DNA from: Elusimicrobiota bacterium
GTDB lineage: Bacteria > Elusimicrobiota > UBA8919
Reading direction: 5' to 3'
DNA length: 24,196 bases
Assembly: GCA_043816185.1 (NCBI GenBank)
Contig: JBDRIG010000007.1
Location: 1-24,196, forward strand
Of this stretch, positions 8,381-16,032 are shown in pieces; positions within the stretch are counted from its first letter, which is position 1; each line of letters opens with the position of its first letter. The notes under the pieces are model-generated. The model worked only from the letters and a program-made list of their open reading frames with translations. It was not told the origin of the DNA and searched no databases. The position numbers and the translations under genes are program-made.

Positions 8381-8583
8381 TAAAAACAGCAGAACTTGGT
8401 ATGCTAACAAAATGAAAACATTAAAATGTGTGATTAGATATAGTTTAATTTGGTTTAAATATCTATTAATCGTTGGTTTTATCTTTTTAAGTAATTCAAC
8501 AAGTTCAATGTGTTAGTGCCCGCCACTGAACCGTCGGCGAGGCAGGCAACACCCTGATTGAAAAACTGTTACAATAGGCAGAT

Positions 8584-10239
8584 ATGAAAAAAAAATGTTT
8601 TAGCATATATTTTGTTCTTGGAACAATTTTTGTATTAATTGTTATTATTACATCTGCTACGATTGGTACAATTTTGTTTGTTAATATGCGGAAAGCGATG
8701 CGAAATGATCTCGCAACACGACTTCATGATGTGGCATCTATTGGGGTAGGAAAGATTGATGCGGATATACACGCAACATTGAGTAAGCCCGAGCAAGAAT
8801 CTAGCATAGCGTATAAAAAAATAAAAAAAACATTGCAAGAAATAAGAGATAGTGGAACAGATATTAGATATGTGTACACTATGCGACGCATTAGTGCCAA
8901 AAATTATGTATTCGTTGTTGATGCCGAGGAAGATCCTAAAAATATCAGTCATTTAGGTGACTTATATGAAGACGATGATATTGAACCTGCCTTTAATAAA
9001 ACAAATAAAGTATGGGTTAATAGAGAATTTTCGACCGATAAATGGGGCACATGGATGTCTGGTTATGCTCAGATATATACAAAAAGTGGTAAATTTGATG
9101 GTATTATAGGAATTGATATTGCTGCAAAAATCATATTAGAACGCGAGAAAAAAGTTCTTTTTAACATTATTTTTGTTGTAATAGTTGTAATTTTTATTTT
9201 TGCCAGTGTGGGCGTAATTATATCCAAAAAAATTGCAGAGCCACTTACATTATTAGAAAAAGATATGTCGCAGATAAAAGAACTCAACATGGATACAAAT
9301 ATAGAAATTAAAACACGGTTTAAAGAAATTATAAGCATGAAAAATGTTGAGGATAGTATGAAAATTGCTCTGCGTTCATTTAAAAAGTATGTTCCATCTG
9401 ATTTAGTTACTCGTCTTATCCGTCTTAATAAAGAAGCCGTTCTTGGAGGAGAAAGAAAAAATCTTACAATATTTTTTTCAGATATTGCAGATTTTACAAA
9501 TATATCAGAAAAGATTGCATCTGATCAAGTTGCTAATTATATGAAAGAATATTTTGCTGGTGTGACAAACATTATAATGAAACATATGGGGACAGTAGAT
9601 AAATACATAGGCGATGCAGTGATGGCTTTCTGGGGTGCACCAAGTGATATTACGGATCATGCCTATAAAGCTTCACTTGCCGCATTAGAGTGCCAGGAAT
9701 TTCTGCTTAAAATGAATAACAATCTGGAAAAGGCAGGTAATCCTGTGTTAAACACAAGAATTGGAATTAATACTGGGGAAGTAATTGTTGGGAATTTTGG
9801 ATATGAAGAGCGGTTTGACTACACCGTTTTTGGAGACAATGTAAATATAGCAAGTAGGATTGAAGATCTTAATAAAATTTATGGAACAAAAATCATTATA
9901 AGTGAAAGTACATATAAATTGGTAAAAGACAGGATTGTTACAAGAAAAATAGATATAGTATCTGTTAAAGGAAAAAATATATGCATACCTATCTATGAAC
10001 TTGTATGTTTAAATAGTTCGCTTTCAGAAGAGAAAAAATATTTTCTTGATTTGTTCAATCAAGGCATGGAATTGTATATTCATAAGGAATGGAATGAAGC
10101 GATTATATCTCTTGAAAAAGCCAAGAAACTTGATCCGAATGATAAACCGACGAAGATTATTATTGAACGATGTAAGGATTTTATCATAAATCCTTCTTCT
10201 GACAACTGGCAAAAAATAGTAGTTTTAAGAGAAAAATGA
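8584..10239 (+). CDS. Membrane-bound class III adenylate/guanylate cyclase (Cache-like sensor, HAMP, cyclase, TPR-like tail)
   Basis: Two TM helices, FFSDIADFT, VDKYIGDAVMAFWGAP, RIGINTG, DYTVFGDNVNIASRIE. Lys in DKYIGD suggests ATP specificity. Confidence 0.93.
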   Translation: MKKKCFSIYFVLGTIFVLIVIITSATIGTILFVNMRKAMRNDLATRLHDVASIGVGKIDADIHATLSKPEQESSIAYKKIKKTLQEIRDSGTDIRYVYTMRRISAKNYVFVVDAEEDPKNISHLGDLYEDDDIEPAFNKTNKVWVNREFSTDKWGTWMSGYAQIYTKSGKFDGIIGIDIAAKIILEREKKVLFNIIFVVIVVIFIFASVGVIISKKIAEPLTLLEKDMSQIKELNMDTNIEIKTRFKEIISMKNVEDSMKIALRSFKKYVPSDLVTRLIRLNKEAVLGGERKNLTIFFSDIADFTNISEKIASDQVANYMKEYFAGVTNIIMKHMGTVDKYIGDAVMAFWGAPSDITDHAYKASLAALECQEFLLKMNNNLEKAGNPVLNTRIGINTGEVIVGNFGYEERFDYTVFGDNVNIASRIEDLNKIYGTKIIISESTYKLVKDRIVTRKIDIVSVKGKNICIPIYELVCLNSSLSEEKKYFLDLFNQGMELYIHKEWNEAIISLEKAKKLDPNDKPTKIIIERCKDFIINPSSDNWQKIVVLREK

Positions 10240-10243
10240 GAGT

Positions 10244-10317
10244 GTCCCTGTAGCTCAGATGGATAGAGCATCTGCCTTCTAAGCAGAGGGTCGCCTGTTC
10301 GAATCAGGCCAGGGACG
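10244..10317 (+). tRNA. tRNA-Arg (TCT)
   Basis: Acceptor GTCCCTG/CAGGGAC, anticodon arm TCTGC-CT TCT AA-GCAGA, GTTCGAA T-loop. Confidence 0.96.
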
Positions 10318-10378
10318 CATGAAATAGCATATAGCAAATGGATATGGCAAATGGTAATTTGAACTATCTGTCGTTAAT

Positions 10379-10455
10379 GGTGGGTGTAGCTCAATGGTTA
10401 GAGCGCTTGGCTGTGGCCCAGGAGGCTGCGGGTTCGAGCCCCGTCACTCACCCCA
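10379..10455 (+). tRNA. tRNA-His (GTG) with G-1 and encoded CCA
   Basis: G-GTGGGTG/CACTCAC-C-CCA, anticodon arm CTTGG-CT GTG GC-CCAGG. Confidence 0.96.
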
Positions 10456-10533
10456 CAGAAAATTGTTTATTATATTGGATTCAATTTATTAGCAGTAGAA
10501 ATAAATCTATCGCAAAAAATGGAGGGTATTTAA

Positions 10534-10803
10534 ATGATTGCCAAACCGGAAAAAAAGAAAATCATAGAAGAAAACAAGATTCATCCAACAGATACTGGTT
10601 CGCCAAGTGTTCAGATTGCTATTATGACGAAAAGAATTAATTGTCTTGTCGAAGAGCACTTCAAAAAATATCCAAAAGATCATGCATCTAGAAGGGGGCT
10701 TTTAATGCTGGTCAGTAAAAGAAGACAACTTTTAAATTATCTAAAAAAGACCAACACTGAAGGCTACTCGGCTGTTATAGAAAAATTGAATTTGCGAAAA
10801 TAA
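10534..10803 (+). CDS. rpsO: 30S ribosomal protein S15
   Basis: [46 protein letters not shown]. Confidence 0.98.
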   Translation: MIAKPEKKKIIEENKIHPTDTGSPSVQIAIMTKRINCLVEEHFKKYPKDHASRRGLLMLVSKRRQLLNYLKKTNTEGYSAVIEKLNLRK

Positions 10804-10900
10804 AGAGAAAAAAAGGAGCCATAGAATCATAGATTAGTATAAAGTGAGGACGAATCTGTGCAGTCGTTTTTAATAATCTATGTAATTTGTGTGTTAAAAA

Positions 10901-12964
10901 ATGAAAGAAATTAAAATTGATATGGAAGGTAAAACACTTACTTTGAAAACTGGTGAGATTGCAAAACAGTCGCAAGGAGCTGTAACTGTCCAGTATGGTG
11001 ACACAGTGGTTCTGGCTACAGTAAACACTTCCATATCTCCGAGAGAAGGGGTAGATTTTCTTCCTCTGACTGTTGATTATAGAGAGAGAACTTATGCTGC
11101 TGGAAAAATTCCTGGTGGATTTTTCAAAAGGGAAGGACGCCCTCGCGAAAAAGAAATACTTACATCTAGAATTGTTGACAGAACTATTAGACCACTTTTT
11201 CCAGATGGCTATCACTACGATACACAAGTAGGTATCACACTTCTTTCTTCTGATATTGAAAATGACTCCGATGTTTTGTCTGTTATTGGTGTATCAGCAG
11301 CATTATTGCAATCCAATGCTCCATTTACAACACCAGTTGCGGCGGTAAGAGTCGGACGGTTAAACGGTGAGTTTGTGGTAAATCCAACTTATACTCAAAG
11401 AGAAACTTCCGATATAGATGTCATAATTTCTGCAACCGAAAAAGGTATTGTTATGTTAGAAGGTGGTCCGGATGAAATAGATGAGCAGACGATTATTTCT
11501 GCAATTAAATTTGGCTTGAAATATATACCTCAATTATTAGCATGCCAAAAAGAATTTCTAAATAAAAATAAACCAGTTTTTGAAAATTGCAAAATAGATG
11601 AAAATATAAAATCAGAAATTATTAAAGATTATAAAGAAAAAATTGAACTAGTGGTTCGGATTCACGAGAAAAAAGAACGAGAACAAAAATTTACGGAAAT
11701 AAAAACGGAACTGAAAACAAAATTTCCTGAAAAAGAAAATGATGTTGAAAAAATTGTTGAAGATTTAATGCAGCAGGCAATGAGAAATATGGTGGTCAAT
11801 CAAAAGTTGCGAGCTGACGGGAGAAAGCTGGATGAAATAAGGCCTATCGACTGCAAACTTGGTGTGCTTCCAAGGACTCATGGCTCTGCAATTTTTACGC
11901 GCGGGCAGACGCAGGCACTTGCAACCGCAACACTCGGCACCCCTAGAGACATGCAAATAATGGACGAACTTATTGGTGAATATAAAAAAAGATTTATGCT
12001 TCACTATAATTTTCCGTCGTTTGCAGTTGGAGAAGTAAAACCTGAAAGAGGTCCTGGAAGAAGAGAGATTGGGCATGGTATACTTGCGGAAAAATCGCTT
12101 GAAAAGATTTTGCCGTCGGAAGAAACATTTCCATATGCGATAAGAATTGTATCGGATATACTTGAATCAAACGGTTCATCGTCTATGGCAACAGTGTGTG
12201 GCGGGTCATTGGCTTTAATGGACGCAGGAATTCCAATAAAATCTGCGGTCGCCGGAATTGCAATGGGGCTTATAATTGACGGCGAAAAACATGCTGTATT
12301 AACAGACATCCAAGGACTTGAAGATCATTTTGGTGATGCGGACTTAAAAGTCGCAGGAACCAGAGTTGGTATTACTGGAATACAGATGGACATAAAAATT
12401 AGTTCTATCGAAATGCAAATAATTGAAGAGATGTTGGAAGCGGCAAAAAAAGCACGATTTACAATTCTTGATATTATGGATAAAACTATTTCACAGCCGA
12501 GAACTGAATTATCTACATATGCACCGAAGATGATTATAATAACAGTGAGTATTTCGAAAATAAAAGATGTAATTGGTGCAGGTGGCAAAACAATTAGAAA
12601 AATTATCCAAGAAACTGGAGCCGAGGTAAACGTTGAAGACGATGGTAAGATTTTCATTTCTGCGGAAAACGATAAATCGCTTAATCATGCAAAACAGATG
12701 ATAGAGTATCTTACTGCTGATGTAGAAGTTGATAAACTTTACAATGGGAAAGTCGTGTCAATTACAAACTTTGGTGCTTTTGTGGAAATTCTTCCTGGTA
12801 AAGATGGGCTTGTTCATATTTCACAATTGGATGAAAAACGGGTTGAAAGGGTTGAGGATGTTGTAAGTTTGGGTGATGAAATATGGGTGAAGGTAATAGA
12901 GATAGACAAACAGGGTCGAATCAGCCTCTCGAAGAAGCAAGCAGTTCGAGAAATGGCAAAATAA
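10901..12964 (+). CDS. pnp: Polyribonucleotide nucleotidyltransferase
   Basis: DFLPLTVDYRERTYAAGKIPGGFFKREGRP, RREIGHG, ESNGSSSMA, followed by KH and S1 domains. Confidence 0.98.
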   Translation: MKEIKIDMEGKTLTLKTGEIAKQSQGAVTVQYGDTVVLATVNTSISPREGVDFLPLTVDYRERTYAAGKIPGGFFKREGRPREKEILTSRIVDRTIRPLFPDGYHYDTQVGITLLSSDIENDSDVLSVIGVSAALLQSNAPFTTPVAAVRVGRLNGEFVVNPTYTQRETSDIDVIISATEKGIVMLEGGPDEIDEQTIISAIKFGLKYIPQLLACQKEFLNKNKPVFENCKIDENIKSEIIKDYKEKIELVVRIHEKKEREQKFTEIKTELKTKFPEKENDVEKIVEDLMQQAMRNMVVNQKLRADGRKLDEIRPIDCKLGVLPRTHGSAIFTRGQTQALATATLGTPRDMQIMDELIGEYKKRFMLHYNFPSFAVGEVKPERGPGRREIGHGILAEKSLEKILPSEETFPYAIRIVSDILESNGSSSMATVCGGSLALMDAGIPIKSAVAGIAMGLIIDGEKHAVLTDIQGLEDHFGDADLKVAGTRVGITGIQMDIKISSIEMQIIEEMLEAAKKARFTILDIMDKTISQPRTELSTYAPKMIIITVSISKIKDVIGAGGKTIRKIIQETGAEVNVEDDGKIFISAENDKSLNHAKQMIEYLTADVEVDKLYNGKVVSITNFGAFVEILPGKDGLVHISQLDEKRVERVEDVVSLGDEIWVKVIEIDKQGRISLSKKQAVREMAK

Positions 12965-12990
12965 TAGTAGAACCTGTTAGAGATAACACA

Positions 12991-13452
12991 TTGCATTGCG
13001 ATACTCTTAATAATATAAAAGAGATTGAAGGAATTCTTTCCGCCTTTGAGTTTATGAAAACGGAAGGACTTTCAGAAATTGAGTTTAGTCTCGATGGCAC
13101 AAAAGTTCTCATAAAGCGAAAAATTGAAACACCATCTTTTCTCATAGAACCCATAAAACGAGAACAAAAAAAAGATGAATTTCGTGAAGTCGAAAGAGAG
13201 CCTTGTAAAAAAGATGAAAGTATAAAATCGCCGCTACCTGGGATTTTTTATGCTTCCAGTAAGCCTAATTTCCCTGCTTTTGTTAATGTTGGAGACACGG
13301 TTGATGAAGGTGCAACCTTATGTATAATTGAGGCAATGAAGACCATGAATGAAATAAAGGCAGATAAAAAATATAAAATCTTAAAAGTACTTATAGCAAA
13401 TGGTAAACCTGTAGCAGCAGATGCAGTGCTTTTTTTTGTAAAAGCGTTATAG
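12991..13452 (+). CDS. accB: Biotin carboxyl carrier protein (start uncertain: TTG 12991 or ATG 13054)
   Basis: IKSPLPGIFY, IIEAMKTMNEI biotinylation motif. Confidence 0.88.
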   Translation: MHCDTLNNIKEIEGILSAFEFMKTEGLSEIEFSLDGTKVLIKRKIETPSFLIEPIKREQKKDEFREVEREPCKKDESIKSPLPGIFYASSKPNFPAFVNVGDTVDEGATLCIIEAMKTMNEIKADKKYKILKVLIANGKPVAADAVLFFVKAL

Positions 13453-13492
13453 ATAGAAATGAATTGAAGGTTGTTGGATGGAGGTAAATTTT

Positions 13493-13693
13493 ATGGACAG
13501 TGAAATCGGAATTACCGCTGGACATATTTGGGAGTATCTTGACAAAAATGGCGAGACGACTGCACTAAAACTTAAATCTATCCTAGGCGTTGCTAACACA
13601 GTTCTTTACATGGGAATTGGATGGTTATCGCGTGAAGGAAAGATCAATGTTGTTGAATATACGAAGGGCTATAAAATATCTATAAAAAAATAG
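13493..13693 (+). CDS. Small winged-helix protein (DUF2582-like)
   Basis: IGITAGHIWEYL...LYMGIGWLSREGKI pattern; GGAGGT SD before the ATG at 13493. Confidence 0.8.
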   Translation: MDSEIGITAGHIWEYLDKNGETTALKLKSILGVANTVLYMGIGWLSREGKINVVEYTKGYKISIKK

Positions 13694-13694
13694 T

Positions 13695-13825
13695 CGTTCG
13701 GGAATTGCTTCGCGGAAACGCCTCGCCTTTGAGGGCGGGCTCTCACTCGCACCGCTAAAAGTCATAAGGTGAAAAATAATAGTGTATGCGGTGCTCCGTG
13801 AGGTTCCTCTCAGCAACCCCCTCGC
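13695..13825. other. GC-rich multi-stem element (candidate ncRNA or structured repeat)
   Basis: Nested pairings ttgct/agcaa, ggaa/ttcc, ctcgcc/ggcggg, ctcac/gtgag, gcaccgc/gcggtgc. Confidence 0.5.
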
Positions 13826-14019
13826 TCTGGGATGATATAAGGTGAGAGGCATTAAAGGGCGCTCGGGAATAAGTTTCTTTGAGACGCTCGTCAGAACTCG
13901 CTCTGCAATGAGGAAGATTGTCGTTGCAACAATCTATCATTCAGACTGTGTCGCAATTATTTTAAGTTACCATCGGTGTGCGGATGAAAAAAATCAGCAG
14001 GGAGTCGTTCGAATTTAAT

Positions 14020-14844
14020 ATGATTTCATCAAAAACAAAAATTTTAGGAATATTTGGTTATCCAATAAAACACTCACTTTCTCCTTTAATGCATAACACG
14101 GTGCTGAAAAAAATGTGTTTGGATTTTGTCTATCTGCCGTTTGAGGTAAAACCAGACGATCTTTTAGGTGCCGTGGACGCAATTCGTATTTTGAAAATCG
14201 CAGGCATTAACGTAACAATTCCTCATAAAGAAAATATAATAAAATATCTTGATAAAATCTCCGATGAGGCAAAAAAAATTGGTGCAGTAAATACGGTTAT
14301 CAATAAAAATGGAAATTTATATGGACACAACACGGATTATTATGGTTTCTTAAAATCGATATCTAAAAAAAACAGTTTGATAAACAAAAATATTTTGATG
14401 TTGGGTTGTGGCGGTGTTGCAAAAGCGATTGCCGTTGCGCTTGTTAATTCAAAAATAAATCAACTTACAGTATGCGATATTGATGAAAAAAAAGCAGAGG
14501 TTTTTTTAGATAATAAATTCCCACAAATTAAAATTATAAAAACTCTACAAATTTCTGATGAAATAAAAAAAGTAGATATTTTTATAAATGCTACTAACGT
14601 TGGAATGAAAAAAGGCGATAGTTCTCCAATAGATAAAAAATATTTGAGAAAAGATTTATTCGTGTATGATGTCGTCTATAATACTGAAACGCAACTTTTG
14701 AAAGATGCAAAAAAAACTGGTGCTAAATTTTCAGATGGATTAGATATGCTTGTCTATCAGGGAGCGAAGTCGTTTGAATTATGGACGGGCAAAACTCCGC
14801 CAGTTGAATTAATGAAAAAGGTTTTAGTGGGGGTATTATCATGA
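14020..14844 (+). CDS. aroE: Shikimate dehydrogenase
   Basis: GYPIKHSLSPLMHN, GINVTIPHKE, IGAVNTV, GHNTDYYGF, GLDMLVYQGA. ATG 14020 is the likelier start; the ORF extends to 13978. Confidence 0.96.
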   Translation: MISSKTKILGIFGYPIKHSLSPLMHNTVLKKMCLDFVYLPFEVKPDDLLGAVDAIRILKIAGINVTIPHKENIIKYLDKISDEAKKIGAVNTVINKNGNLYGHNTDYYGFLKSISKKNSLINKNILMLGCGGVAKAIAVALVNSKINQLTVCDIDEKKAEVFLDNKFPQIKIIKTLQISDEIKKVDIFINATNVGMKKGDSSPIDKKYLRKDLFVYDVVYNTETQLLKDAKKTGAKFSDGLDMLVYQGAKSFELWTGKTPPVELMKKVLVGVLS

Positions 14845-16016
14845 TAAGATATGTAACTAGCGGTGAATCACACGGAAGATGTCTTACCACTATATTAGAG
14901 GGTATTCCTTATGGGCTTGAATTAGACGAAGATTTCATAAATTGCGAACTTGCTCGTCGGCAAAAAGGTTTTGGTCGTGGTGAAAGAATGCAGTCAATTG
15001 AAAGTGACAAGGTTTCCATTACTTCTGGTGTTCGTCATGGAAAGACACTTGGCTCGCCTATAGCGTTGACGATTTCAAACAAGGATTGGGAAAATTGGAA
15101 AACAATAATGGCAACTGAGCCATCTGGTATCGATAGTGCTAACAGTGCCGACGAAAAATTAACACGGCCTCGCCCAGGACATGCCGATCTTCCAGGAATT
15201 CTAAAGTTCAATACCGACGATACAAGGGATATTCTTGAGAGGTCTTCCGCGAGAGAAACAGCATCTCGTGTTGCGGTCGGTGCAATTTGTAAAAAATTTT
15301 TAAAAGAATTTGGTATAAGAATAATTTCTTTTACAGAGGAAATTGCAGGTATTTGTGTTCCGTTGACAAAAGTAAAATTTAACGATATTGCTGAGCTCGT
15401 GGAAAAATCAGAGGTTAGATGCTTTGACGATAATCTTTCGCAACAAATGATGAAAGCTATTGAAAAAGCAAAAGAAAATGGCGATACCGTTGGTGGAGTT
15501 TTTGCGGTTATCGTGGAAGGAGTTCCAGTCGGGCTTGGAAGCTACACTCAATGGGACTTAAAACTTGACGGGCGTCTTGCATATGCAGTGATGTCAATTC
15601 AGGCAATAAAAGGTGTTGAAATAGGGCGTGGGTTTGAAATATCCAAAAAATTAGGTTCCGAAATACACGACGAAATTTTTTATAATAAAACAGTTGGTTA
15701 TTGGAGAAAATCAAATAATGCAGGAGGAATTGAAGGCGGGATTTCCAACGGTGAGCAGATAGTTGTTCGCGCTGCGATGAAGCCAATTCCATCACTAAAA
15801 AAACCATTACAGTCGGTTGACATAAAAACAAAACAGTGCTTAGAAGCACAAATTGTTCGCTCAGATGTGTGCGCAGTTCCTGCTGCTGGCGTTATAGGTG
15901 AAGCGGTTGTTTCAATCGAAATAGCAAAAGCATTTTGCGAAAAATTTGGTGGCGATTCAATGATCGAAATAAAAGCGAATTATTCGAATTATATCGATAT
16001 GCTGAAAAATAGATGA
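14841..16016 (+). CDS. aroC: Chorismate synthase
   Basis: TSGESHG, RPRPGHAD, ERSSARETA, AGGIEGGISNG, MKPIPSL, RSDVCAVP; ATGA overlap with aroE. Confidence 0.98.
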   Translation: MIRYVTSGESHGRCLTTILEGIPYGLELDEDFINCELARRQKGFGRGERMQSIESDKVSITSGVRHGKTLGSPIALTISNKDWENWKTIMATEPSGIDSANSADEKLTRPRPGHADLPGILKFNTDDTRDILERSSARETASRVAVGAICKKFLKEFGIRIISFTEEIAGICVPLTKVKFNDIAELVEKSEVRCFDDNLSQQMMKAIEKAKENGDTVGGVFAVIVEGVPVGLGSYTQWDLKLDGRLAYAVMSIQAIKGVEIGRGFEISKKLGSEIHDEIFYNKTVGYWRKSNNAGGIEGGISNGEQIVVRAAMKPIPSLKKPLQSVDIKTKQCLEAQIVRSDVCAVPAAGVIGEAVVSIEIAKAFCEKFGGDSMIEIKANYSNYIDMLKNR

Positions 16017-16032
16017 GTAAAAAGATTAAAGT

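Noticed and set aside
8135..8516. ORFs 8135-8329 and 8322-8516 (also 10080-10337 and 10338-10640)
   Set aside because: They overlap REPs or tRNA genes and are shadow ORFs.
12883..12990. Extended N-terminus of accB overlapping pnp
   Set aside because: It overlaps the pnp 3' end by ~80 nt and does not resemble BCCP; a later start is more plausible.
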